The position numbers and the translations under genes were made by a program. A DNA stretch of 63,190 bases, counting the filler, from Octopus bimaculoides (taxonomy: Eukaryota): assembly GCF_001194135.2 (NCBI RefSeq). It is 5 parts of 5 records of this genome, joined end to end, with 100 filler letters (N's around TTAATTAATTAA, not from the genome) between each part and the next. Parts side by side here need not be neighbours in the genome. Positions count along the whole stretch, not along the records: positions 42,217 to 58,619 come from NC_068981.1; positions 58,720 to 63,190 come from NC_068986.1; 3 more parts are not named here. The stretch is one strand, 5' to 3'. The notes beneath the pieces were generated by a model. The model worked only from the letters and a program-made list of their open reading frames with translations, made no database searches and was not told the origin of the DNA. Below are positions 51,582-63,190 of the stretch, one piece after another (position 1 is the first letter of the stretch; each line of letters begins with the position of its first letter).

Positions 51582-52558
51582 GTGAACAGGAAGAAGAGAT
51601 ACTTTTTAAATTACGACATTAAACATGAAAGATGACAGCGAGAAAGTGAAACTGAAAGAAATAAACGATAGATTCATAGAATGATCAATAGTGTAAGATT
51701 GAGCGAGTGAGATGGCCAAGTTAAACGACGGACGCAAAAACATTCAAGAGAGTCGTTGGATTAACATATTTCCTCGAGAGACATTGTGGATTATTTAACG
51801 ACGTAGGGAGAATCATGTAGAATAATTCGAAGACATAATTTGCCCGAATTATTCTCTTTGCCGTTCACTTTCCCTTTTACAACTTTTCTCCTCTTTTTTC
51901 TTTCTCTCTTTATTTCATTCTTTCTTTTTTCTCTTTATTTATTTTCTCTATTTTGTACACTCTTTATTTCTCCTTCCCTCAGTATTTACGCACACATATA
52001 CGTATATATGTATATTTGCATGTTTGCGTGTATTTATGTCTGTATATTCAAATATAAGTCGAGAGAAAGAATCGCAAGCGGGCTTGAATCAAGGAATTGT
52101 GAGACCTAGTGATTATGAATAAAGGAAAAAAATATTTGTACGCCTCATGTGTATAATGAAATATCATTACTCAACAAATGAACGATTTCATCCTATATTT
52201 TTTTTTCTATTCTACTTCTTTATTTTTCACGTTTCTTCAAATCACAAGCAAATAAATAAATAAAAGAAAACCCGCAGCGCCAACAACAAAAAAATAAATA
52301 TAATAAAAAGCTATATAGCAAAACAAAGAAACGAGTAAATACAAGTCAATAGCGGCGCGCCTTTGCGTCGTTTCATTGTCCATCTACCGTTCCGATGCGT
52401 GTAATAATCTCTCATGGCTGTACTTAAGCGAACAAACTGTAAACTGCTCTTGGAATACAAGTACTTCAATTTTACTGCTCTTATAAGCATAGAATGGTCT
52501 TTTCTCTGCTGGTCAGCTGCTTTGTCTGTTCCTTTTATCTTCACACACATCCACGTGA

Positions 52559-52605
<47 letters not shown>

Positions 52606-53040
52606 CGCATTCGTGTGTGTGTGTGCTACTTCGGATAATTTTATTTTTGTGTGCATGTGTATGCATGTGTGTGTGTGTGTGTGTGTGTGTGATTGGCTGT
52701 AATGACTATGTAAATCCTACTAAATCTGAATGGACCAAAGCAAGACAGAATATATCGAGGTTTTATTGTGCATTGTATTGCTATTGATAAAAATACATGA
52801 AAACACGCTGGTCATTTTTGTTTGACCATCTTTTTCTGAAATGATTAGTCATATCTTTCGCTTATCTCTTATTCTCGAGATTTTGAGCTACAAAGCCATA
52901 CTTACAAAAAAAAATAAAATAATAAATGTAAATATGATCTTTAATAACCTGACATTAATGATACTGGATTTATTATTATTATTTTTATTATTATTATCAT
53001 TATTATTATTATTGTTATAATTATTATTATTATTTGTGTT

Positions 53041-53255
53041 AAGGCGACGAGGTGGTAGAATCGTTAGCACACTAGGCAAAATGCTTTCTGGTCTTTTTCC
53101 CATCCTTACGTTCTGAGTTCAAATTCCGCCTAGGTTGACTCTGCCTTTAGCCTTTCGAGTCGATAAATTAAGTACCAGTGAAACATTGGGGGTCAATCCA
53201 ATCGATTAGTCCCTTCACCAAAATTTTCAGGCCTTAGGCCTTTAGTAGAAAGGAT
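53041..53255 (+). mobile_element. SINE family B copy
   Basis: Head GGCGACGAGGTGGTAGAATCGTTAGCAC, B-box GAGTTCAAATTCC, body GTACCAG...GGGGGTC. Confidence 0.88.
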
Positions 53256-53530
53256 TATAATTCGTGTTTTTTTCAAATAACACCGTATTTGACTTCATTT
53301 ATTTTCACCTTTCCTAGATGGATAAAATAAACTGCAAATATTACTCTTCACCAACATGACTAAGAAATCATTATTGCTGGTGGTTATTTTGCAATAGTTT
53401 GGTAATCTTGTTGATGTGTTTGCCGTATTTATGTGAAGTTGTCGTCTGTTGTGCTGTGGTTGCTCCTTGATGTTTGTGGAGAATGAAAATTTCTTTCTAC
53501 CAGGAGTGAAAATGTCTTTCTAACACTTAC

Positions 53531-53581
53531 GAATTATCAACAGAAGCTTTATTCATCGCACATTGTATTTTCTGTTGATCT
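53531..53581 (-). other. Candidate 51-bp internal exon of an unidentified gene
   Basis: Acceptor cttttTATTTTTCATCCAG and donor GTAAGT; one open frame DQQKIQCAMNKASVDN; no recognised homology. Confidence 0.25.
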
Positions 53582-54644
53582 CTGGATGAAAAATAAAAAG
53601 TGACAATTTATACACACTGAGAGTGACGTAATACTGGGGTTTTTAAGTAAATAGATGAAACATTTCTGTCTGCGCTTAGGCCATCACAACTGGAAAAAAA
53701 TAATCGCTGTAAATTCATGACAGTAAAATCTGTAGCTTCTATCTGCACGGCTGGTGAATGGAAAATGACAATGGAGTCGTTACAGTAATTCCCTCGACGT
53801 TCTGAAGTAACTGCCAAAACAAAAATCCTACTTTTTATGAGGTTCATTAGAAGATTCAAGAAAGTTGAATCACGTGATGGCTGAGCGCTGATTGATCTGT
53901 TAATCGGCCCCATCAGGTGAAATGACAGAGATCTCAACGTGACATCTTCACGGTTGTCCAGCGATTCGGTTTCGAGTCTGCTTCAATGCTTTTGGAATAT
54001 TGTTTTCTTTATCTTTGTTTTTAATTGAAAGTCCCAAGCAAGGCGGAAAACCATTTAGTGTAAGGGATTATAAACGAGGAGAAATTAGGAGGAAAAGAAT
54101 GGATTTACTTCGGAGTTAAGAGTTCAGGTCATGAGAAGAAAGGATACAATGATAGGAAAGAGAGTTTCAAAGTCTGGCAATTTGAGGTAGAAAGCTACGA
54201 CCGTAAAAAAGAGATGCTTGTTATTGGAAGTACAACAACATTTGAATGAAACACTGTCAATTTCGAGTCAGGTGAGGTGGCACAAAGTAATCTGGAACAA
54301 AGAGATAAAGGTTCATCAGAACATTTCCTGAGACAATAATGATAGAAAAGATTAACGCTATGACAAGAGTAGCAGAGATGAAGCAAGAGTAGGATCAATC
54401 GAATTAGGGACACAATTCTGAACCCAGTGGAGGAGATCCAAGTAACAAGATGGTGCACTTGCCCAAATATGACAACAGTATTCCAGAGAAGGACGAATTG
54501 TGGACTTGTAAAGATATTTTCCTATTACAAGAACGATATTCTACTGATGTTGTGGTGATATTTTGGAAATGCTATGATGTTATCATGGCGATGCAATAAT
54601 GCTAAGAATATCGATGATATATTTTTTTTCTTTGGGTGATTTAA

Positions 54645-54859
54645 TAATGTCAAATTTTGTCTCAAGACCAGCAATTTCAGAGTTGGGGTTAAGTCGATTA
54701 CAATGACCCCAGTGCTCAACTAGTATTTATTTTATCGACACCGAGAGGATGAAAGCTAATGTCGATCTCGGCGGAATTTTAACCCACAACGTAAAGACAG
54801 GCGAAATGCAGCTAAGTATTTCGCCCGGCGTGTTAACAATTCTACCAACTTGCTACCTT
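54645..54859 (-). mobile_element. SINE family B copy (left member of an inverted pair)
   Basis: Reverse complement of 54894-55111. Confidence 0.9.
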
Positions 54860-54893
54860 TACGTATATATACAAACTATATATAAACTTAGGT

Positions 54894-55111
54894 AAGACGG
54901 TGAGCTGGCAGAAACTTTAGCACGTCGGGCGAAATGCTTAGCTGTATTTCGTCTGACGTTACGTTCTGAGTTCAAATTCCGCCGAGGTCGACTTTGCCTT
55001 TCATCATTTCGGGTTCGACAATTTAAGTACCAGTTGTGTACTGGGGTCGATCTAATCGACTGGATCTCTCCCCCAAAATTGTGTGCCTTGTGCCTAGAGT
55101 AGAAAAGAATA
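54894..55111 (+). mobile_element. SINE family B, full-length (tRNA-derived head)
   Basis: A-box-like TGGCAGAAAC, B-box GAGTTCAAATTCC, central CTTTGCCTTTCATCATTTCGGGTTCGAC..TAAGTACCAG, tail CCTTGTGCC... Confidence 0.9.
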
Positions 55112-57549
55112 TTGTTATATTGGGATACTGCTATGTAGACGCACTAATAGAGCTTTTAGTGTTCTAGAACTATTCAAATATATGTTGTTGCCATTCTATT
55201 GAGATGGTGTCAAGTCCCTGTAGTAATAATATAATAATGTGATTTGACTGCAGTCTGTGGCTATGTTGTAATCCTGATGTAAAGAAGCGACGTAGGGCGT
55301 TGCTGAAGTAGTGTTTTGATGATATTTTTGATGAATTTTCTGAAGATATTTTAATGACATTTTTGGTGCAATATAGTGATGTTCAGATACTATAGCTATC
55401 TTGCATTCCCGTGTTGTTGCTTAATGGCTGTTGTTCCGATATAGTAACGTGTAGATGATATGGTCCTCTCGCAATGAATTGGCAGTGCTGTTATGCTGTT
55501 GTTACGAGGAATACCTTGATGATTATATAAGGTAGTTATGCTCCAGTGTAATTTATTTCAGTGTGATTGGATTATAGAGAAGACGTGATCGCCCAAACCT
55601 ACAAGTTCTAAATTCAATGTATCGACGGCAATTCCTCACCATAAATTAGTTGAGTGAGTCACTGTGGAATTTAACAGTTCTTTGTTTTATAAATACTTAT
55701 GTTTCGTGAGCTCATTCCAAAGACAGCATCTGAAGTTTGTGTGAGAAAAGTATGATGAGACTTGTCTGTCTTTCTTTGTTTCCATGTCTCATACAACACT
55801 GAACACTCTTTTGACTGATTCTAATTGTATAAGATTATAAACTCTTATCTTCTATCATTTTGTAGTAATCGTTGTACAGTTGCAAGTGAAAAACCTACTA
55901 GCTTTTTCGCTTGAAGAGCGAAATGCAAAAATAATTTATCATTACTTCAAATACTGCGCATGCTCTGCTTTCTTCACTGAGTCTTGTCTTGTCTTTTACT
56001 GATTGCAACCACTGAAAGGTGACCTCGATTCATACTATTTTCCAGCTAATTATTTCATGATTAAACTAGTTAGATTTTAATATTGATTGAAGCAGTTGTT
56101 GCTCTAGGACTGATGTTATAAGTCTGTCATTGATAGTGACAATGGAAAGACATTTAGGAACACAAAAGCTTTGTTTATTGATAGACAATATTTCTGCCAT
56201 ATGAGATTTAAACGTTTTGTGTACTGGTCACATCACAAATAAAGTGCATTAGATGCCTTCCGTATAGTCTTAGGTACTCACTGTAACAGCATCAGCAACT
56301 ACAACTAACCTTATGGAAAAATTAACAATTGACGTGAACTAGGATCTAAGTAGCCAGCAAATCATTTTTTACTGTTTTACATTATATGAATGTATCATTT
56401 GCGAGTCCCTAATAAGATGACATGGCCCCAGTATTAATAGATCTGATCTTAGGTCTGAAAGAACAGAGCTGGTGTGAGCGAAACAAATCCTACAAAAGAA
56501 ACAACTGAAAACTCTTTTATAGTTGCCTGGATTGAATGTACCGTAGCACTATATTCTTTGATGAAGCAATGCTATGCTTCTTCTGAATTAAGCAGCTGTG
56601 GTATGTTATTAAGAGGCTGTGGCAATAAGGAGTTGTGGTATTAAGGGACTATTTTATTAATGTTGAGAAATTTGAGGAACACTATATCAAACAGAGAGAA
56701 AGATCGAAGTGGACAATATTTTAAACACAGATAGCTTGTTATCGAGAAGTATCGCATTATTTTGCTTTTGACTGGTGTGCCATTTCAATTAGCCTAAATA
56801 TATAATATAACATGGTTGCTATTTATCAGGCTTTAAAAGAGTCTATTGTTCTTAAAATATCTTGGAGGGCAATTCGTAAATAAGATATTAAAAGGAAGTA
56901 AAAACGAAGCAATATTTCTGAAATAATTGTTAATGAGATAAAAGAAAATGTTGCTTTATCACCATGGTGATAATTGTAAGAATAATCATAACCGAGAGGC
57001 AGAGATTTTGTGATCACATCAAGAACAACAACATCTACAGTATTTCGAAGGAAAGAAAATAACAGCCAAAAGGGTGAGAGCATCACCATCCATGGTAACA
57101 GGAGATAAACTGTCGTTGTTTATTAGTGTCGCAACGAAAATAAATAGAAGAAAATTACAGCCCACTGAGATCGGCAAAATAATGTAAAAACAGCAATAAC
57201 AGTAGGAACAACAGTAATGATAACAACAAGTAACATAAATAAAATAATAAAGCACACGAGCAACAACATCAACACCAAAGACAAGTATAATTTGAACGAT
57301 CGCGAGAAAATAACACCAACAAGAATAAACAAATAATACATTCGAAATAACAATTATAACAAGTGAAGGACAACAACAACAACAACAACAGAAAAACAGC
57401 AGCAGCAGCAGAGGTAGTAGCATTAAATGAAATTATATGAAATAGTGAAGTAAACGTGATGAACATTAGAAAACACACAAACAGAAAATAAGTCATGCCG
57501 ACAGTATCTCCAAGACTAACATCTTTATTATCGCAATTTTCCTCATCAC

Positions 57550-57900
57550 GGCAATGCTCATCCTAATCCTAATCCTCCACCTCTTCCTCCTCCCTCTCCT
57601 CCTCATCATCATCAACACCATGATCGTCGTCGCCGTCGTTGTCATCCTCCTCTTACTCATTACCACCGTACCATCGCCATTGTCAATATTATCCGTCTAC
57701 GCCATTATCGTCAGCGTAATCATCATCATCATCATCATCGCCGTCGTTGTCGTTTTTGTAGTCGTCATCATAAGCAATATCATCATGAACAATTATCATC
57801 ATCATCATCATCATTGTCGTCATCATCATAATAAGCAGAAGTAGCAGTAGCAACATTGCCATCGCCGCAATCGTTATTGCCAACGCCGACACCCTAACCC
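57550..57900. repeat. Degenerate (CAT/CGT/CCT)n trinucleotide low-complexity region
   Basis: Direct reading. Confidence 0.8.
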
Positions 57901-58071
57901 ATCACTGACGTTGTTATCTTCATCGTCGATGTGAATCCTCACTTATAAGTTTCATTATGGTCGACTTCGATGTTTTCGTCGTCGCACTTGAGGTTGTTAT
58001 CGTGATGAAGGCGACAGGAAGTTATAAATAATCAGCAACAACCGCGCCTCTGATTCAAAAACAGCAACACC

Positions 58072-58103
<32 letters not shown>

Positions 58104-58452
58104 GACTAGAATAGAAGAAAGAAGCAAAAAAAAAAGGGGGGAGAAACATGAAAACAATACCCAAAGACAACGTGAACCAAAATAGCAACAGAAAAATATT
58201 AACAAAATTACAAGAGAAATAAAAATGGAAATAGACAAATAGTATAAAAATAAATTGCAAAATAAAAAAAAAAATCAAGGTTTAAAAACAAACGTTATGC
58301 CCCACGAACAGAAACATCAAAGAAAAAAAGAAAAGTAACAAAGATGAAGAAAAAACAGCAACAAGAACAACGATAAAGACAGCAATGCCAGCGACGAAGA
58401 CGACGACGATGGTGACATCAACAACGAAAGCTGCACAGGATGAACGTCTGCA

Positions 58453-58619
58453 AAGAAGAAGAAGAAGAAGAAGAAGAAGAAGAAGAAGAAGAAGAAGAAG
58501 AAGAAGAAGAAGAAGAGTGAGAAGGAGAAGAAGAAGAAGAAGAAGAGTGAGAAGGAGAAGAAGAAGAAGAAGAAGAGTGAGAAGAAGAAGAAGAAGAAGA
58601 AGAAGAAGAAGAAGAAGAA
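58453..58619. repeat. (GAA)n tract with 30-bp higher-order interruptions
   Basis: GAA run with AGAGTGAGAAG recurring three times at 30-bp spacing. Confidence 0.9.
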
Positions 58620-58719
58620 NNNNNNNNNNNNNNNNNNNNNNNNNNNNNNNNNNNNNNNNNNNNTTAATTAATTAANNNNNNNNNNNNNNNNNNNNNNNNN
58701 NNNNNNNNNNNNNNNNNNN

Positions 58720-58752
<33 letters not shown>

Positions 58753-59315
58753 CTTAATAAATTTACGATTCAGTTTTTCGTACAACTAACTTACCTACTC
58801 CAAAATTAACGTGCAACTGGCTGAGATTTCCACACACATTTGTACTCTTAATATATGTCTGGTAATTTCACAATGATACAATATAGAAGAAGGTTGTACA
58901 TTTTTAATTACAGGTACAAACCAATTTAGTAGATTCTATTTGATGTTTACCTATCTTTATTTCGTTCACAGCATATGTATCGATCGGTGTCTATAGAAGA
59001 ATATGAACATTTAAAAAACATAACAGGCAGGATAATTCAACTTACACCTTGTGGTTGTGAGCCGTGCTCCTTAAGCACTGAACCAAATTACATCGTAACA
59101 CGGCAGCTCGATATGTACAGATATATCTTTAAGAAAAGACTTTGCACACGGAGGTACGCACACATGCACGTACACACAACTATATATAGACATAAATAAA
59201 TACATACATACATAGATATGTTCTTTTATTATTTTACTTGTTTCAGTAATTTGACTGGGGCCATGCTGAAGCACCGCCTTATACATGCATACATACATAC
59301 ATACATACATACATA

Positions 59316-59480
59316 GGCGCAGGAGTGGCTGTGTGGTAAGTAGCTTGCTTACCAACCTCATGGTTCCGGGTTCATTTCCACTGCGTGGCACCTTGGGCAG
59401 GTGTCTTCTACTATAGCCTCGGGCCGACCAAAACCTTGTGAGTGGATTTAGTAGACGGAAACTGAAAGAAGCCCGTCGTA
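59316..59480 (+). mobile_element. SINE family A 5' half with tRNA head and CORE-like segment
   Basis: GGCGCAGGAGTGGCTGTGTGG (A-box), GGGTTCATTTCC (B-box), GTGGCACCTTGGGCAGGTGTCTT (CORE/MIR-like). Confidence 0.9.
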
Positions 59481-59923
59481 TATATGTATATTTATATATG
59501 TATGTGTGTGAATATGTTTATGNNNNNNNNNNNNNNNNNNNNNNNNNNNNNNNNNNNNNNNNNNNNNNNNNNNNNNNNNNNNNNNNNNNNNNNNNNNNNN
59601 NNNNNNNNNNNNNNNNNNNNNNNNNNNNNNNNNNNNNNNNNNNNNNNNNNNNNNNNNNNNNNNNNNNNNNNNNNNNNNNNNNNNNNNNNNNNNNNNNNNN
59701 NNNNNNNNNNNNNNNNNNNNNNNNNNNNNNNNNNNNNNNNNNNNNNNNNNNNNNNNNNNNNNNNNNNNNNNNNNNNNNNNNNNNNNNNNNNNNNNNNNNN
59801 NNNNNNNNNNNNNNNNNNNNNNNNNNNNNNNNNNNNNNNNNNNNNNNNNNNNNNNNNNNNNNNNNNNNNNNNNNNNNNNNNNNNNNNNNNNNNNNNNNNN
59901 NNNNNNNNNNNNNNNNNNNNNNN

Positions 59924-59973
<50 letters not shown>

Positions 59974-60299
59974 TTAGTGAATTGCTTGTAATTTTACTTA
60001 CTTTGCCTCACCTTGCATTAATAAATTCTATTGGTTTCTATAGCGTTATCATGGTACAAAATATGGTGTTACTTTAGATTTATAAAATCTCAGAATTCCT
60101 GTTAAATTCAAACGATATCCTCATGAGGTTGTAAAAGTAGGTATTTCATAGCTTGTTACTTCAGTACAAGCTCGTATGTCATTACTAACTGCTCAGAAAG
60201 ACCAAATTTCAATTTAGAGCATTATTTCTATTGCTTGGTACCTGGTCATCTTTAGTCAAGCTTACATTAAATCAGTGTTTTTCGACATCAACCAGCCTC

Positions 60300-61070
60300 G
60301 CTTTTGTTTTAGACGTAGTGCAGCTAGGACTAAATTTTCTTAAGAGACTTTCCGACTTGATTTTCGTAGTTGTTTAGATAAAAGCTCAGCATTGATCGAG
60401 AAAATATAGGACAAAAACTACTTCTGTCAGCACTATTGAATCTATTTTTCAGACAGTAGATTTGACTACTTTGCTCTGCATTTTATATTTTGATTTTGAT
60501 GAACCACAAATTCCCGATCATGGTGATCAGTGGCATAGCATTTAGAAAGACCACTGCTTTGTGTTTAACGGGTATATGTACGGCAATATTATAGATTCTG
60601 AAAATATAGATAGGAAGTTAAAAGTTGAGGGAGACATTGTTACTTTGTCTAGCATGCTGAATTACTGCGCAGGAAAGTTCCTTTATTGCATCTGTATGTA
60701 ACAGTAGTCTTAATTGATGGAATTGATGTTATATAGATCCAGGCATACATTATCCAAATAGATCACAACAATTCTAGTCATCCAGTAATTATGTAGTTTT
60801 TATGTATTATGTTTCTAGGATTACATTATCCACAGTTTCTTCATTATGATGGCAGAATTTGTGCATTGTAAGCAAGTATTAGCTTTTTCTAATAGGTCAA
60901 GATATAACACAGAGGCTCCCTAGGGTTGATACGAATAATTCTACTTCATGTAGTGTAATGGGACCGTTGTTATGCATAGAGTGATATTGAAGTGCCATGT
61001 ACTTCAGTGGTCGTAGTGCAGTGTGGTTGAAGATTGTAATCTCGTATGGCGCATGACAGATAGGGAAAGA
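60300..61070 (+). mobile_element. Very old CR1/L2-like RT remnant
   Basis: Scattered traces (DH.IL, F.SNRS, CSVMGPLLC, Y.ADD-like) in the right order but with many breaks. Confidence 0.25.
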
Positions 61071-62099
61071 GATAGAGAAAAAGAACGATATGGTTAGAGA
61101 ACGAAGTAACTCATTAAGAAATAAATTGGTGTTTTCTGGAATGGCTTCATTTAGTCGTTGAATGACTGAAAGACTATTTGGTTAACTGTAAGGATGCTAA
61201 TCTATAGAATTCAGCAAACTTTCGAGAAATCTTGTAAATGCGCGCTCGCACGTGTGTATATGAATGAGTCTCTGTGTGAGAATGTATTATAGAGACTACG
61301 TATATATTATGTGTTAAAATTTTAAGAGTTAATTATTTTTAGTAATTGTACTGTAATTTTAGCAATTGTTTAAAAGTTCACCACGCACCATACACACAAA
61401 CAAACCTATGCGCACATAGATTCACAATGACAAAAAACATTCGGAATAAACATTCCCAAACACCCATTTCCAAAATTCAAAACAAAAATGGAAGCCTTGA
61501 TTTTCCAACTAACTCATGCAGACACATGAAAAAAGATATATGTTAAAGAGGTTGTAATTCATGATGGATCCCTGAATGGGAAGAAAACAATCAATAAATA
61601 GTATTTATTCATCTCCCGACTATCTTCTACTTTGATTAATACACCCCCCACACATATATATATATATATCAGACAAGGTATAGATAATGGGCATTGCATA
61701 TTTTTCTCTATTAGAATAAATTTGGCTTACAGCGGTTTCCAGTAGTCAATATTAATGCCTTAGAGGTGGGTTTACTCAATTGCTCTATTGATTAGTTGAG
61801 AAAACCGAAAGACCTAAAGATATTAAAGCTATTTTCTTAAGAGCTATTTCTCGTTATAACACAGCAGAACACTGAAGGAATGGTATGTGTTTGAGGAAAG
61901 GATGACAAAAAGGACAGAGGCAAGTAGAATAAAGAAAAAAGAGGAAAACAGGTAACATGAAGGTGAAGAGAAGGATAGTAAGAATACACTCTGTGTAAAA
62001 TCTAGGTTGACTGGAGCCCAACAACGAATTTACAATAAAGAATTGTGATGAACCCTAAAGTCGGACCCTGTCATAAGAATATTTGGAGTTATTCACTAA

Positions 62100-63000
62100 T
62101 CTAAACAATACTGTCAGCCAGGTCCGCCAACAGAGAGCTTATGAAGTGCTTTGCCCGTATTGATAAGTCCTCACTTTTAGCTCTTCTTATATATATATAA
62201 CGTATTTGCTGCAGGTATTCTTTAGAATTCTTCGCTGCATGAGACGGGGAATTATCTTGCATGAAGACCAGCCTTCTCTTGACTGAAAGGTTTTTACTTT
62301 TAGAGCCACATTTGGAAATTGTCCTTAAAGAATGAAACATATGCTTTCGATGTCATCTTAATGCCATCTGGGACTTTTCTTGGCCCGACAATCATACCAC
62401 CAACGATGCCAGCCCAAAACATCACCTTCCTTCTGTTGGCGTCTCAAATGATGAGGACGATTTCTGCTGACTGGTACCCATCATTTACTCCAGCCATCTG
62501 GTCCGTCAAGCGTAGTACTGCATTTGTCAGTGAAAATAACTGTTGTAAAATCTATCTTAATGTATTCTTCTGCTCATTTCAGTCTCTTCTGCTTATGAAC
62601 AGCCTTTAACATTCCTGGCTACCTGCTTCAAAAGGCGACACCTGGTACTTTTCGATACGTCTTCCCTGCCACAACGTTTGAAGACATCTCTACTTGTCAG
62701 GCATTAGTACCACATAACTTCTCTTTTCACACGAGACGAAGTACGATTCCAAGTAACCCTCGAGTTACCCTTATTTACCCTCGACCTGGCAGAAATAGGG
62801 GACTGCATAAATTTCTTGAATGTTCGGTGATCTCTTCCCAGTACTTTTTTTTTATTTCTATGGTTGTTTTAACTTTTCCAAGCTCTGACACGATGGTAGA
62901 CTTCTCGTTCTAAGTAAGATGAAGTTTCTGACTTATAATGACACTTAAATTGGGCACCTGCCTAATAATTTTGGGCAACAGAAATGTAGTTTATACACAA
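62100..63000 (-). mobile_element. Tc1-like transposon with decayed DD34E-type transposase
   Basis: LGRDHRTFKK (HTH), VIFTD...LDGPDGW, VMFWAGI, FMQDNSPSHAAK; terminal-like TGTTGCCCAAAATTATTAGGCAGG at about 62960-62985; stops and frameshifts. Confidence 0.88.
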
Positions 63001-63190
63001 TAATGGCCGCCGTTTGTTTTCGTCTGCGCAGATCCAATTTATTTTAACAGAATGAGCAGATAGGTGCTGCCCAGAGTCAGTGTGAAAACAACTGGTTTTG
63101 AACGATTATATGTTTATTTATTGAGAGAAGGTTGATTTGTTTAATAATGTGGGACACAGAGTATATATATATATATATATATATATATAT

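Noticed and set aside
59316-59385. tRNA-like A and B boxes in SINE heads
   Set aside because: They are SINE promoters without a full cloverleaf and continue into SINE body sequence; not called as tRNA genes.

Overview
AT-rich, gap-ridden, microsatellite-dense eukaryotic DNA; the SINE, LINE and PLE repertoire looks like an Octopus (coleoid cephalopod) genome, which is an inference from recalled repeat families and not a database result. No intact host gene could be recognised. Most listed ORFs are artefacts of N-gaps or microsatellites, or fragments of decayed transposons. The window is a transposon graveyard. It contains two CR1-clade LINEs, three RTE-clade LINE fragments (two with an inverted 5' segment), four R4/Dong-like 3' ends (three adjoining (TAA)n tracts), and a near full-length Penelope-like element (RT, Cys-rich linker, GIY-YIG) with terminal repeats and an inverted 5' piece. 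It also contains smaller PLE-type pieces, a Helitron helicase/Rep fragment, Tc1 and pogo-like DNA transposons, a 297-bp hAT MITE with an 8-bp TSD and two abundant tRNA-headed SINE families. The most interesting signal not named by these features is a set of minimal hammerhead ribozyme motifs (CUGANGA-stem II-GAAA-palindrome-NUH) at four sites plus several half-motifs. One has an intact catalytic core and an enlarged stem II inside a long hairpin. Also notable: a perfect 126-bp inverted repeat beside a gap, a permuted Helitron followed by a possible captured spliced fragment, and weak minus-strand exon candidates near 46.6 kb and 53.5-54 kb. Element boundaries are approximate unless a TIR or TSD is quoted.
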